Source: Hydrolagus colliei (lineage: Eukaryota). Taken from it: a stretch of DNA of 64,000 nucleotides. Below are positions 1-13,491 of this stretch, one piece after another. Under the pieces are notes generated by a model. That model was not told the origin of the DNA and ran no database searches. It saw nothing but the letters and a program-made list of their open reading frames with translations. The position numbers and the translations under genes were made by a program. The stretch is taken from assembly GCA_035084275.1 (NCBI GenBank), contig CM068754.1, positions 9,734,001 through 9,798,000 of the forward strand, in the 5' to 3' direction. The first letter of the stretch is position 1; each line of letters begins with the position of its first letter.

Positions 1-2495
1 GCGATTTGGACTGTCAGCAAACTAGGGAAGGGGGTTTAAAATGATCTATCTACAAGACAACAAAACTTTTTAAAGCAATATTTGATAAGTAGAACAGATG
101 TCTAAGAGAAAATATTTGCTTTTTTTAACTTCGAGTTTTTACTCTGAGTTTTAGTTGTTAAGAAATATCTAGGGAATAAACCTTTTTATGATACCTTTTT
201 TTTAAAAAATGAAAAAAAGTAAATCAATGCAACTGCAAATATTTAATCGGCATTTGGTGGTTAATCTTGCCAAATTTTCATTTCAAAAGCACCCTGACAA
301 GCACAAGGTAGCATCAAATTTGCAATGTGGAGTTTGTTTCATTTGCATGTAAACATTTAAATGCACATAAAGTATAATCAGAAAACCAAGGCCAGCTACA
401 CTCAACTATGTTGACACAATGCTGTTAGATTTGGTGAGCTAATCCCAGGTAACATTTTGTATTTCTGTCTGACAGAAAAACATTTACTTGCTGAAGGGAC
501 TAATCATTCTGGACGTAGATGGGCAGTGCAACTCATCAAAACACATTCAAATTATTCCTGTTCTATAGTTTATAATTGCGGTAAATTGACATACTCTGGA
601 TAATTAGCCTTTGACAGTAGAACTTAAACTTCTTTGCTGGCAGTAAATGCATTTCTATCTTTCCGTAAAACCATAGTTACAAAAATAACGAGATTGTAAG
701 TAATTATTGTTAATTAAAACAAACTGCATTCCTGACAAAAATGCCTCAAAGATTAGTTCAAACATTTGACACTCTAATTTTTCTATAATTTTGTCTTACT
801 TGTGCGTCATTAAAGTAATTAAACTTGACATTGTTTCTCTTTATGAAGCTCATTAGTGTTATGAGGTTTCAAATGTATCCACTTGAACATGTGTCCCGGG
901 AGAATCAGAAAAGTTCTGTATCCTTTCTACCAATTCCATACAACCTTTGCTATTAGCTACGATGAGGACACTGCCTATAAAAACAGAACAATAAAGTATA
1001 TTGTTTCAGGCATTTGTGTGTGTGCTTAACACAATTAGCATTGTTTTTCCTCTTGACATAGTTCAATGTAATTTTTGATCTGTGATGAGATTGAAGATGT
1101 ATTTTACATGACTGAAAACAGCACTTTGCAATCATTGGAAGTTGTTGCACATGTTCACATAAATTTTATATGGGATAAATGCTTAAGTATGCTACAGTAC
1201 TTAATCACACTACATGAAAACATTCTGAATTTAATAACAAGTTTTGCTTTCCAATGCTGCTAGCAAATGGTGAATTGCAAATTAATAAAATTTCATGTTT
1301 TGTTTAAATTGCAATGAAGAGTTTAAGGAGCTAAAGGAGATTTGATGAATGCTACAACATATACCTATAATTTCTAATAAGCAAAGAGCGTTTTTTAAAA
1401 GTTTAAAATAGATTGATCAGTATTTGCAAATTGAAAACAGGAGCTGTTAAATCTATTGCTTGAGTGCATGCGTGCGGAATTTAAATGGACTTAAATTAAA
1501 TATTTCTCTTAAATGAACTCAACCATACAATTGCATAGAAATTAAAGTGAATATAAACTATATTAAATAGAGTGTAATATTTATTATGCATATTTAAGAG
1601 GGACATATGGTCCAGTTTAGATTTGGATGATAGACACGTTAATCTAGTACAGTATATGACAATTGAATTGACACTACAGTATTTGTAAGATGCACAAAGC
1701 GGATATAAGCTCCACTAATAATAGTGCAGTATCTGTTTACTGTTCAGATTACAGCATTAAACCTACCATTTACCCAGGACATGAAGCAGGAAACCAAATA
1801 AGTGAAGAGATTCCAATGTTAAGAAAGTGAATAAGAAGCTTTCTGGTGATGATGTGCTGATTCCCCAATGTACCATCAGCAAGTAATTAAAATGTGTGGG
1901 GGCAAACTGAACATCAGCATGGGCTTGTTTATTCTCATTATTTTATAATTCTAAAAACCCTCTAGGTGATATGACAGAGCAGTATAGAACATAATTCAGA
2001 TTATTAGCATACTAATTGGACACAAATATAGGCCCACTACAAGGGATCCAACTGAATAATTTCATATCAACCTAATTCCATGATGAACGGTTCAATATTA
2101 ATTGGGAAGAATCAAATTCATTATTAAATGTCACACTCTAGTTCCCCCCCATTCACCCCCCCATTCAAACTAGAATCTTCTTATTTCATATTTTACAGAA
2201 GTTCAATGATATCTTACATGTTCAGTGATTTTAAGTCGTCCCTAAAACCCTTTTAAAGAATAAGGTCAGTATGTGTTATGTCAGACTCTGAGTGTATGAC
2301 AAGCTATACAGTACAACTTACACTTCTATAGCATTTTTCACATTGCGTGGACGTCCCAAGGTACTTCACAATTCCAACTGGACACTATATTCCTTAATAT
2401 AGCCTCTTGGGTCACTGGCACAAGTATTTTTGAGACTAAATGTTTCAATGCAAGTTATGTATTCAATTGAGATGGAAAATATGGTATTTACAAAC

Positions 2496-2600
2496 ATAAT
2501 AATCCACGCGTTTGGTTCTAGTGCCTTATCACATCGAAGAGATGTCTCAAATCGCTTCACAAGATTTTATTGTGAAATTTATTGACTATAAATATGTAGG
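2496..2600 (-). mobile_element. 3' fragment of dominant SINE
   Basis: ATAATAATCC...GTGCCTTATCACATC...GATGTCTCAAATCGCTTCACA is the reverse complement of the SINE tail. Confidence 0.8.
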
Positions 2601-2780
2601 CAAATGAATCGGACAGTTTTACACATGGCGATATCCTTCAAGCAGCCATGAAGTGATTTACTTATTTTTATTTGGGGATTGTTGGCGAGGACCAGGAGAA
2701 ACTCCCTTCTCTTTTCAAGTGGTACCAAAGGAAACTTTAATGTCCACCTGAACATTAAGTGGAGTCGTTGTGGAGTCCTT

Positions 2781-3084
2781 GTGGAATACTGTAGCCTAGA
2801 GGTTAGAGCACTCGCCTTACAAGCGTGAGACTTGTGTTCGAATCCAGGCAGGACGAAACCTTGGGCAAGTTTTCTTATTCCACACGTCTAATAATCTCTC
2901 AAAAAAAATTGGTCATTTCAATCAACGATTATTTGTGGGACACAGCTGTGTGCAATTGGCTGCTGCTTTTTCCCATAAATATACAGTCAATTCACTTTAC
3001 AGCATATTCTATGAAGTGCTTTGAGACGTCTAGAAGATGTGAAAAAGCACTATATCAAACGCAAGGATTATTATTATTATTTAT
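2781..3084 (+). mobile_element. Full-length tRNA-derived SINE (dominant family of the window, L2-type 3' tail)
   Basis: tRNA-like head with A box (TAGCCTAGAGG) and B box (GTTCGAATCC); body shared with many copies here; ends GTGCTTTGAGACGTCTAGAAGATGTGAAAAAGCACTATATCAAACGCAAGG(ATT)n. Confidence 0.92.
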
Positions 3085-4821
3085 CATAACACGCTGACGG
3101 GACAGCAGTTTAAATTCTCATCGAAAAGGCGGCACCTCCAACAATATGATATCTTGTTGGTGAAACAACTTTGTTTACGAATGTGATATTTTCAAGCCCA
3201 TTATTAGCAATCTCTTTACAATGGCTTACAGCATTTAATAAGTCAGCTTTGTATAGTGTTAATTATCACATTTTTAGAGAAATAAGAGCTTAATTGAGCT
3301 TTGACTTTGTACGCTGTTATTCTTAACTTTCTTAATCTTTTGTTAACGCAGCTTTAATTCAAGAAGGAAATGACTTTAAACTTTCGTCTTCGTAAAAACG
3401 CAGTTTCTGTTGGTAGGAATTGTACTTTCTTATTATGTAACATTTTTCGCGTGAATTATTTTAAAAGAAAATCTATTTCTGGCAATTCTTTAAACAACTG
3501 CTAAATGTGTGTCTTTATTTGCAAGCATTGATATGCTCATAACTGAGTGAAATGTCTTTTGTTTGAAGGTAAGCCAGAAAAAAAACTGAGTCTGGTTTGT
3601 CTTTGTACCTCTTCATAGAGCAGGTTTCCTATACTGACAGGATGTCCACTTTGTATTGTTTGGCTCAGTTCCAGTGTCCTTTATATAAAAGCAATCTCCT
3701 GATTTACATATCAAAGAAAAAAAAGAATAAAATGATTCTAATGGTCTCAGAGGAGATCCAAAAATATGAGAGTGCAGATATAATGCAGGCCCTTTAAACA
3801 AAGGACATTGTAGTGAGATGTATGAATATAAGCATTTATAAATAAGAAAACATAATTAATTGTTTCAAAAATGAACCAAATGGCATGTAATAATGAACTA
3901 CGTAATTTTTTTAAAGTTTTAATTTTCCGAAATGTACCACAGTACAATCGCTTTGATGAGGATCGAAATGTACATAAAATTCCTTGGAGAAAAGGTTCCT
4001 GTGATATGTGCTTTGAACTATGATCTGCTTAGAAATGTCTGACTTGTGATGAAGGCTATCCATTATTAAAGCTCAGCCATTTTGAGAGAAGACCAATCTA
4101 TTTCCAGCAGAAGCTTAACGCAGTGCTCGGCTTTGCTGGTTAAAAACATTGGGTGTGGGGTGGGGGAGTGGTATGACAAAAAACATGAAACATTTACTTG
4201 AAAAACCAAAGACGTTAATGTAGTTTGACAACTTGTTGGTTTTTCATTTCCAGGGATCAAATGTTGTTGGTTATTTTTAATCAAGAACTTCTTGTCAGGA
4301 AATGCATTGCAAATTTCAAGATTCAATTAATCAAAGACCGTTCATTCTTATTAGTTCCAAACAATTTTAAAAAGATGTCTTGAGATTATTGTGAAGAAAA
4401 TGATGGAATGCATTTGCAGGCTTTGTTTCATGCAAATTGGTATAATTTTTATTTTCAACTGTTCAACCGTAACAATTTAAGGTTTAAATATCACCTGGTC
4501 TGTAGAACGAGAAAGTCGTTCCCTTTGCAGATTGTGCACAGACTATCATGGACTCAAACTAACTCAATCTGTCTCCTGAGGAAAGCTTTGACAAATTTCT
4601 TCCTGCCTCCCAAAAGTAATCGAACAAAATTTAACCTGACATAGTATTAACCGCTCTATCTTCAAGTCAAATTCTGGGTGTACTCAATTAAAGTCCTTCT
4701 AACCTCACATCTTGAAATTTCAGACATTCTTGTTCTGTAGTTATGCGCTCCCATTTTCAAGTTGTATTATTTGCTTGCACCAACATTATCTATTCTGCTG
4801 AGCATTGTAAAGATGTGGATC

Positions 4822-5240
4822 ATGGAGTCCTGTACCTCAGTGGTTAGAGCACTCACCTTGCAAGCAAGAGAACTGGGTTCATTTCCAAGAAGGGTAATAC
4901 CTTGGGCAGGCTTCCTTACTCCACACACCTGATAATAATCTCTCAAAAAATATATAATAAATTGATCATCTCAATACACAACTGTTTGTGGGACATTGCT
5001 GTGCATAATTGGCTGCCACATTTTGCCCCCAAATATACAGTCAATTCACTTTACAGAATATTCTGTGAAATGCTTTGAGATGTCTAGAACAATAAGAACA
5101 ACAATATTACATTTGTATAGCACCTTTCACGTTGGAAGGATATCCCAAAGGACTGGACAGTCAGTGTTTCAGACCCGATATGAAAATATATTTTTTAGAA
5201 GACATGAAAAGCACTATATCACATGCAAGGACTATTATTA
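4822..5240 (+). mobile_element. Full-length dominant SINE interrupted by an antisense L2 3'-end insertion
   Basis: Head ATGGAGTCCTGTACCTCAGTGGTTAGAGC; SINE breaks at TCTAGAA (5089) and resumes TAGAAGACATGAAAAGCACTATATC (5196). Confidence 0.9.
5090..5195 (-). mobile_element. L2 LINE 3' terminal fragment nested in a SINE
   Basis: Reverse complement matches L2 tails at 34848 and ~41880 (GACTG..CTTTGGGAT..CGTGAAAGGTGCTATACAAATGTAA..TTGTTG); TAGAA repeated on both sides. Confidence 0.8.
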
Positions 5241-5923
5241 ATATATCCTCTCTGTCTTCCTTATGCCAAAGAAAACTATTTACCAAGTTCTGTGAGTCTC
5301 TCAGATCCCAGAGGCCTGGAATGATCCTAGTTCCTCCTCCATTAAACCCTCTCTGATTCCATCAAATGTTTTAAAAACAGTGCTGAAACATACACACAGT
5401 ACAGTACAGTATTCTTTAAATTCTCTACTTGACGAGAGTACTTCAATCCAATATGTTCTCTAATCCTAAACTGTCTAAATGACAACTAAATAACAAAGCT
5501 AGTTTACTTGTTTTTTAGTACTTGCAGTTAGCATTCAGTGATAGCTGCAGTAAGGTGCAACATTTTTAATTTATGGATCTACTTTTGAGAAGATGTTCAA
5601 GAAATATCAGATTCTTTACAAAACAAACTATTGAAATTATACAATACTGTAATGAATGACTATGGGACATGTATTAAGAGTGGAACATTTTTAGTAGGCG
5701 GTGTGATAGACTGCACTCAGAGTAACATTTAAATTTGATTGCACTGCAAAGGCATTTTGTGGGCTATGTGTAAAGTGGGGAAAGTGGGGAGCGTTTGTAT
5801 AAAAGTGAGTAGCTGGTTCTTTAAACAGGGAACATGCCGATTAGGAAAAGATGAAGGCCAGTCTTCGTTGTTTTGTCCCCCTGACTTTCATTTTAACGGT
5901 GAAAACAAATGTTTGGTTTGTAA

Positions 5924-6027
5924 AATAAGAATAATCCTTGCATTTGATCTAGCGTCTTATTGCGTCTTTGAGATGTCTCAAAGCACTTCATACAAGTATG
6001 CGGCAAAGTGAATTGACTGTAGATTTT
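5924..6027 (-). mobile_element. 3' fragment of dominant SINE
   Basis: AATAATCCTTGCATTTGATCTAGCG...GATGTCTCAAAGCACTTCA...AAAGTGAATTGACTGTA. Confidence 0.85.
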
Positions 6028-6029
6028 GA

Positions 6030-6070
6030 TATAAATAAGTAAATAAATAAATACATACATACATACATAC
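6030..6070. repeat. (AAAT)n/(ACAT)n compound microsatellite
   Basis: TAAATAAGTAAATAAATAAATACATACATACATACATAC. Confidence 0.9.
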
Positions 6071-6989
6071 GCACTGGTTTTGACAAAAGCTATCCAACGA
6101 TTTCTCGATCCGAGTTCTAGGGTCTTGAGATCATGGGAAGGAATGATTCAGGATAACTAAATGATCCATGTGTCCTGATTTTTGAAGCAATGAGAATGCA
6201 TCGAAACAGGAGAAAAACATTTTGAGCTTGAGACAAAAAAAATGCAGAGGTGCAATCACCACAGTACAGAGGAACTCCACTACAATGCCCCCTGGAATGG
6301 CACTCAAGTCCCTTGGACCCACAAGAGCTAGTACTGGAGTCAACGGTTGTGTCCTGCTCTTGTTCGAAGTGTCACTTTACAATGAAATGGACATCAACGG
6401 TGTTCTGAAACTCAGCCTTTTTCTCACACCTTGCTTATAAATTAGGCCTGTGAGCTATTGGACCCAAAAGAATTATAAAGTGATTCACCTACGATAGTAT
6501 CAAGTGAATTTTGTGTTGATTTCTGAGAAATCCCAAGCAGAAATTAGTCAACCAGTTCACTCGGTGATTAGTTAGCACTGCTACAAATTAGGTTGTGTGA
6601 TGAGTTAGCAGTTAGCTTAATACCCGTGAGAGCCACTTAAGATTTTAACAAATAAACCATAAAATTGAGTGTATTCATGACTGGATGAACTGTGCATTCA
6701 GGTACACATTTCTGTGAAATGGTGAATTTCTTTAAGAGTAGATTGTTTAAGAGGAAACAAAGACGTGTCTGTAATGTGTTCATGCCACTCAACTAATATG
6801 ATATAGTGGAGAAGTATGGTTTGAGATAAGAAATGACAGCGTAAACTGTTGCACAAACATATGCATTAGTAAAAATGAATGCTTCTAAAAACTAATTCGT
6901 GGGTAAAGGCAGGTGAACCTTTGGTTTGAAGGTTTGAAAAGAATAGCATAGAAAACAATGTAAAATCAAGAAGTACATTAGTTCACTTT

Positions 6990-7230
6990 GTGGTTGTTTG
7001 TACGATATTGTTGTGCCCAAATTGGCTGCTGCGCTTTCATACAAACATACAGTCACTACACTTCACAGTAAAATCCTGTGAAGCACTTTGAAATGTCCTC
7101 ATCACATGAAGACACTATCTCAAGTGCAAATATTATAGTAATAATATAATAATTAATAGTAACTATAATATGTATTATTCATAATTATGTTATGTATTAT
7201 TATTAATAACATTCATTATTGTTATTATAA
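6990..7230 (+). mobile_element. Diverged 3' half of dominant SINE with expanded AT-rich tail
   Basis: ATTGGCTGCTGCGC...TGTGAAGCACTTTGAAATGTC...CACTATCTCAAGTGCAA followed by (TAA/TTA)-rich low-complexity sequence. Confidence 0.75.
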
Positions 7231-8279
7231 ATCAATATGGAAGAATTGCACCCTTGGTACCTAAAAGTATTTTGCAGTGCTTAGCATATTTCATCTTGAT
7301 GAGCACAAAAATTCACAAGATGAAGTGTAGCAATAAGTAGTACAAAGATTGGCTTTCAAAGATAATCTTGGGCACCTGGGTGTAATTACAAAGCATTAAT
7401 CCAAACAACATCTAGATGACATCATAAACTGTTATATCAATCATCTGATCCCTGAGATTAAATTACAACATGGAAGTTAATTCCCTAGAACCTGTTATTA
7501 TTTATCACAACAACTGTTTCAGTTTTGGGTGGTGAGGGATTAATGTTTGGGCAATTCTTGTGTTGGCACTGACTGTCAGCTCAAACATAAACCTTCAGGG
7601 TATTGCTTGCCCTTGACTGTATAATAACATTCACATTGTAGAATTAATCTTGGTGCCATCAAAGCAGGTTTATTGACTTTAACTTGTCTTGATTACTATG
7701 AAATTCCACATCCGGCGCTTTAAAAGTCAGTGAGGAGATTGTTCTGGTTTATAAAAGACGCACTGTATCGTTGGATGATGATCATAAAAAAAAACCACAC
7801 TTGTACATATTTGTATTCCCAAGGTTTGAAAGTTATATAAATAAAAATAATCCTTGCATTTGATACAGCGCTTTTCAAATCCCCATGAGCAAGACAAGCA
7901 CCATACTTTTGTTATTTTAGTTTTGTAGATCCAGTTTTAGGGCCAGGTTTTAGAAGTGGACACAGTTAGAAAAGTTAGAAAATCTTTTTCATAACAAAAC
8001 TCACCAGTAATATAAGAATGCCACAAAGTCAGAACAGGAATTATAGCTCTTTGTGATGAGTTAGAAAGCAGCTATTTTTCTAAAGATTTTAAAGGCTGAT
8101 ATTTTGAAGGACGTTTTTTATGTTTCAGATGATCATAGAGCCATGATTCAGAATCTCCCGACAATTTTGCCATTTTCACTGATATTCTGAAATCTTCATT
8201 TTCTTCACTTACATCAGCATAAAGCGCAATTTAGTAACAACTCTATCACTAACAAACTGATCTACCTACAATAAGTTAT

Positions 8280-8424
8280 GGCTGATTGTGGGACATTGCT
8301 ACACACAAATTGCCTGCCTTGTTCACCCTTAAAATGCATAATCACACTACAACATATCTTGAAGCGCTTTGAGGCATCTCATTGATGTGAGGAGGTGTAT
8401 ATCAAATACAAGGATTATTGTTAT
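8280..8424 (+). mobile_element. Diverged 3' half of dominant SINE
   Basis: TGTGGGACATTGCT...GAAGCGCTTTGAGGCATCTC...ATCAAATACAAGGATTATTG. Confidence 0.75.
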
Positions 8425-8443
8425 TTTTAATCCACAAGTGAAT

Positions 8444-8857
8444 ATTTGAAACCTTGCCCAGAATATATATTTGAAGTACAGTACAATATCAGAGTATTGG
8501 GATTTAAACTGAGTTAGCCCAATGCAGGGTTCAATAGATTATTTGGGGAAGTTTGCAAGGCTATGTGAGAGCGGGGGAGTGGGGTTTGAATTGCCCTTTA
8601 CAAAGAGCCGGCACAGATACGATGGGCTGAATGGCCTCCTTCTGTGCTGTATAATTCTATGATTTTATGATCTGATCTCTTGTGAACCAATTTACGTCGA
8701 ACACACATTTCTATTCGCATGTTGACTTTCCTAGGAAAACACTGCCAAAATATTTTAGGCCAGTGTAAAACCAATTTGGAATCTCGCCCAGAATATATAT
8801 TTCTGTAACATCAAAGTAGCAAGATTTACAGTGAGTTAGCCCAATGCCTGGTTCAAT
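8444..8857 (+). repeat. Diverged ~85-90 bp direct repeat pair (8444-8535 and 8774-8857)
   Basis: Identical blocks GCCCAGAATATATATTT and TGAGTTAGCCCAATGC, then GGTTCAAT, in the same order in both copies. Confidence 0.85.
8570..8672 (+). mobile_element. CR1-type LINE 3' end
   Basis: AAAGAGCCGGCACAG..GATGGGCTGAATGGCCTCCTTCTGTGCTGTATAATTCTATGATTTTATGA; ATTCTATG is the canonical CR1 terminal repeat. Confidence 0.85.
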
Positions 8858-11800
8858 TCTCGTTTTATTGGCATCTTTCCCTCCCTCAACATGCACATGC
8901 ATCAAACAATCTGGTTTTATAAACTTGACAGAAATCATGCTGAGACCGGAAAATTGTTACAAAATAGTAGGGATGTGTGTTGCATTTTAATTGAACTAAC
9001 AGATCAAACTAAAGAGGTCTTAACATATCAATCTGCAAACTCCTCCATCAATACTTATTCTATTTTTGTGACTGAGCTGGTTGTATCATCACTTTGCAAA
9101 ACATCTTATTGACATGTTACAATTAGAGTTTGATTTAAGATACCTGCTGATGTCATATTGGAATCCACCTCAGTCACAGAAAGGAGGAAACTACTGTATA
9201 TAAGTATCCCACTAAGGATATATTGGAACATTATTATTATGGGTTGATTGAAATAATACTTATAGACATGCAAGTGCTTAAAAAGGTTGTTGATTGTATT
9301 CAGGTTTGGTGAATTAGTTGAGAAATTTTGAAAGTTTGTTTCAATTGAAACCTAACCATTACAAACATCTGTTTATCAAACGTTAAATGGTTACATTAAC
9401 AAGAGCTGCATAAAGCCTAGTTTGAGTGACCGGTTTTACTTAAGTCATGCTGAAAGCAATTTAATATCTGCATTGCAAATCAGATATTTCCTTCCGTGAC
9501 ACAACCTATATGTAAACTTACCTCAGACACAATTATTATTTGAGAAACATTTTCTAGTTCCTACACCCACAATGTGACACAGTGATGTGTGGATATTAGG
9601 ACTGTAGATACTTTTGCATTCAGGCATTTGTCCCATTTTGTTTTCCTGAACATTTGTTCTGTTGTGTTTTAGGGCAAAATTACGCACAAAAGTTCAATGC
9701 ACAAACACCAAAGAGCAATTACCAGATACAGTTCTTCATGCTTTCCTTTTAATTGTTTCAGACCATAATTATATACTAAAGTGTGCAGTTTACTGATGTC
9801 ATTTGTTTCACCACATATTAATTGGATACTATAGTGTGATAAATGTTGTTCAGTGCTCAAAATCCTTGCTGAAGCACGGTGTTGACAATATAATACAGTA
9901 GTAGAGTCTATAATTATGGTTGATCATGAAGTGCTTTGTTTTTAAAGCATTCAAGGTTTACATAAGTTACATTTGACCTTGCCAACAAGAAACCTTTTTA
10001 TTTTGTAAAGTGCATTGCTATTGTGGCACTGGTATTATTCAGACCCTGATATTGGATGCATAGCAATGGTAATTTATTATTTGGAATGAAAATTTTAAAC
10101 TGAACATGAACACTGTACTAATATTTATTTTAGAATGTTAGTAGCAATCTGTTAAACCAAATTTCCTCTTTTCTCAAGAAATATAGATGTAGATAAAGTG
10201 GAGGTGCAAGCCTTTATTTGAAATAACAAAGTCTATTAGCGACAAACATACATGTTGTGCTCTATGCTTTCAATATGAGCTGCAGATTGCGACTGTATAT
10301 CGCATCCAAGTAGGTAATTAATAGTGGCATCAAAGATATGGTGGATTCATCAGCCAAACATCAGAAATATTCTGTTAAATGGAAAGCAGATGCCTAACTC
10401 CTTAGCTAATCTCTCTATGAAATGTTTATATGTAAATGTTGTTGACGTGACAGAAAGGCAAAATTGAAAATGGGTCTAAAGAACATGATACCCTGTCAAT
10501 GCTCTCATCCTCCTTTTCATTTTTGAGCTAAATATCAATAGTTACAACAGCAATGGTTGAAATTTCTTTCATATTCAGCAGGAGAGCAATGTTGCAATAA
10601 TTTGAAACTTACTCGGAACAGTCAAAAATTCTAGGCAAGATTACCCAACATAACAATAGCATGGAAATGTCACCCAGTTTTAGCAAAAACTAAAGATAAT
10701 GCCGTTGCAACGATAGTCTCAGCATCTGTAAATCTTTTGGGGGGCTCTGCAGAGCCGCGTTGTGGAGAGCAGTAATGGTAATGAAGATTGGCTACTCTTT
10801 TTCCAAAGTGCTTTCTTCACAATATCAGTGAGATGTGTTTTTTTTCCCCCCCGGCTGTTTATCCTCTGGAGCATTATGATGGCAGCGCACAACAAGTGTA
10901 GCTAATGCTGAGGTCAGACCCAGTTTAAGTGTGGACAGGGACAGTGGAGCTGTGGAGATCTACAGTGGTATGTCAGCTTTGTATGGTTAAGCTTGCATTC
11001 AGGAGCATTGACACACAATGTGTTTCCACCCCCCACCCCTCCAACCGTTGTTATAATAAAATCTTTATTTGAAAATTCTTTGCCCTGGAACTTTATCCTG
11101 AGATGATCTTTTTTAGAGATGCCAAAACTGGCAGGCGTTACAGTATCCTAGTTTTAACCTTAAGGAATTCATTGACTAGACAGTAGCAAGTTAATAAAGC
11201 TTGGATAGTTTATGATCTGTTGTGTATTTCTGCTTAGTGAACTGGTAATTGTAAAACTTGAAGACATTATGTTCAGCTTTGTATGTGACATCTTTTCTGT
11301 TTTAACAGTTACAGCTCATTGACTACAATTATAAAGCTGCTGTGATTTATTAACATAAGTCTTTTTGGGGCAATGATCCATTACTGTTAAGACATTACAA
11401 TGCAAAGCTCTTTTTAGTACTAACTATAATAGTTCATGAACTAAAAAGGCATATGCTAAAAGATGAGCAGCTTTATTAGACTAACGTATCTAAGTTCACT
11501 AGACTGTTAATTTTAAACTGAAGATACTACAAACAGCTGTGTATTTAATGTCTTTTTAATGTTACTAGTAAAAGTGTCACAATTATCATCAATCTTTTTC
11601 ATCAATAAATTGTAATGCTCTGCTTCTGATGAGTAAAACTATAAAGAAAACAAACACTAGGAACATCCTAAGTTTTTTTTTGCATCTAGTTCTGTGTTAA
11701 TTGCACATCACAACAAAATGTCAGAGCAATGAAAAAATAAATCTTACAATGGTGCTGCGATACGCCTTGCAAGGCATGCACACAGACTGGATAATTCTCT

Positions 11801-12768
11801 TTCATATCTGCAACAACATAGGATAGTTTCAGACTTTGGGTAAGAACTTGCATGTATATAAATAGGTGTATAGGTAAAGTAATGGATGTGCTACAGGTAT
11901 ACAAGCAAATATAATGTCAGCTTAACTCAGTTGCTAACTCTCTCGCTTCCAAAGGCTAAAACTGCATAGCTTGTCATTGAAAACACACTAGCAAGGCTTC
12001 TGTTGCTTCTCCAATCAGGACCATTCCTACACATTAAGACTTTGACTTGAAGGATTAACAGGAGCTGAGTGGGAAGAAACCCTGCTCCGAGGACTTCAAT
12101 GGAACATCTCTGTTGCAAACAATTAGTTTTCTGAGAATCCATTTAATTGCTGTTAATGTTTGCCAATGACTTTCATGCAATCAAACCCCTATTTTATTCT
12201 AAAGCAAAATTAGTGACATCTATATTTCTTTCATTCTGCAAAATAAAACCCTGAACCATTCTCAAGTGAAACTGTTGATTCAGTTTGGTAAAACCGAATT
12301 CAATTACATTCAATGCTTCTGTTGTTACCACACAGTCCTTAAGATAAGGACTGTATAATTTTTAATTAGTTCAGTATATACATAAAATTAAGTATCTAGA
12401 GTACTAATACGTTGACCTAAGAGATCGATCATCCATCTTCATAAAAATTATGGCAGGGTCATTTGAGTACTTGCTTTATGACAGCAAATAAAATGTTGCT
12501 GCAATTAACTTCCATGCTATTTCTAATTTAGAAATAAAGAAAGACTGATTGGGTTCATAGGCACATGGGCAAGTGAAATGGTATTTAAAAATTAAGCTTT
12601 ACTCACTGCTTGACAGCTGTACCATTTCATGAGACCACAAAACTTTTGAACATTATATGATAGTTTTTAAAAAAAGGCTGCAATGAATTGATAGTTACCA
12701 ACTTTATTGAAACACAAATACATATTGTTTCAAAATGCCATTTTTAGGGCTTCAAACTATGAATCAAT

Positions 12769-12893
12769 CAACAACAACAACAACAACTTTGATTTATATA
12801 GCGCCCTCTACGCCGGACAGCGTCTTAGAGAGCTTCACAATAAAGGATCCTGGGGGTGAGCCAGGAGCAGGGGGAGAAAGGTGACTGAAGTAA
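12769..12893 (-). mobile_element. L2 LINE 3' end with (CAA)n tail
   Basis: (CAA)nCTTTGATTTATATAGCGCCCTC..GCGTCTTAGAGAGCTTCACA, reverse complement of the tail at 32770-32844. Confidence 0.85.
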
Positions 12894-13040
12894 GGTTGAT
12901 AATGTAGAATTCTACCTCCTACTTTTAATATTGATGTGCTTGTCAGGGCAAGTTTGCCATTTTTTTTTCAAAGTCTTGTCTATTTTTCATGGGAAATCCA
13001 CCTACACCAGTATCATGGTGCCAAAGTTGATGTAGATGTA

Positions 13041-13166
13041 CACATTTCATCCACAAAACACACAGTCAATATACTTTACATGATATTCTGTGAAGCGCTT
13101 TGAGACATCTCAACAATGTGATAAAGCGCTATATCAAATGCAAGGATTATTATTATTATTATTATT
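13041..13166 (+). mobile_element. 3' fragment of dominant SINE
   Basis: TGTGAAGCGCTTTGAGACATCTC..AAAGCGCTATATCAAATGCAAGG(ATT)n. Confidence 0.85.
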
Positions 13167-13302
13167 GATGTTTTTTGACAGACATTTCACCTTTTAATAA
13201 CTGATTCAGGTAGCATTACAATATCATAAAATTAATAATATTAAGCGTGGTAGGGAGCATTATTCACAAATAGGAAACATCACAGCTGAATATCACTACT
13301 GC

Positions 13303-13491
13303 TCATAATCCCTCAAAAAAATGTTGTCACTTCAATCCACGCCTGTTTGTGTGCTGTGTGCAATCGGCTGCCGCGTTTTGCTCACAAATATACAGTCAAT
13401 TCACTTTACAGGATATTCTGTAACTGCTTTGAGATGTCTAGAAGATGTGAAAAAGCACTGTATCAAATGCAAGGATGATTATTATTATTAT
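13303..13491 (+). mobile_element. 5'-truncated dominant SINE
   Basis: ATAATCCCTCAAAAAA..CAAATATACAGTCAATTCACTTTACA..GATGTCTAGAAGATGTGAAAAAGCAC..(ATT)n. Confidence 0.88.

Larger units (their letters stand above)
2310..3150 (-). mobile_element. Old Deu-domain-like SINE (SacSINE1/AmnSINE1-like), fragmented and interrupted by younger SINEs
   Basis: Tail at ~2310-2370; GGCGAGGACCAGGAGAAACTCCCTTCTC...GTCCACCTGA at ~2683-2752 resumes after the young SINE as GACGGGACAGCAGTTTAAATTCTCATCGAAAAGGCGGCACCTCC at ~3097-3140; family name from recall. Confidence 0.55.

Noticed and set aside
2781-2855. tRNA-like sequences at SINE heads
   Set aside because: Continuous with SINE bodies and lacking an intact cloverleaf; not tRNA genes
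4495-4575. Minus-strand 81-nt segment with acceptor (TTTCCTCAG) and donor (CAG|GTGA)
   Set aside because: Stop codons in all three frames; no support for a non-coding exon without RNA data
9578-9620. CACAGTG heptamers as possible V(D)J recombination signals (also 24774, 44383, 59713)
   Set aside because: No nonamer at 12 or 23 bp spacing and no V/J segments
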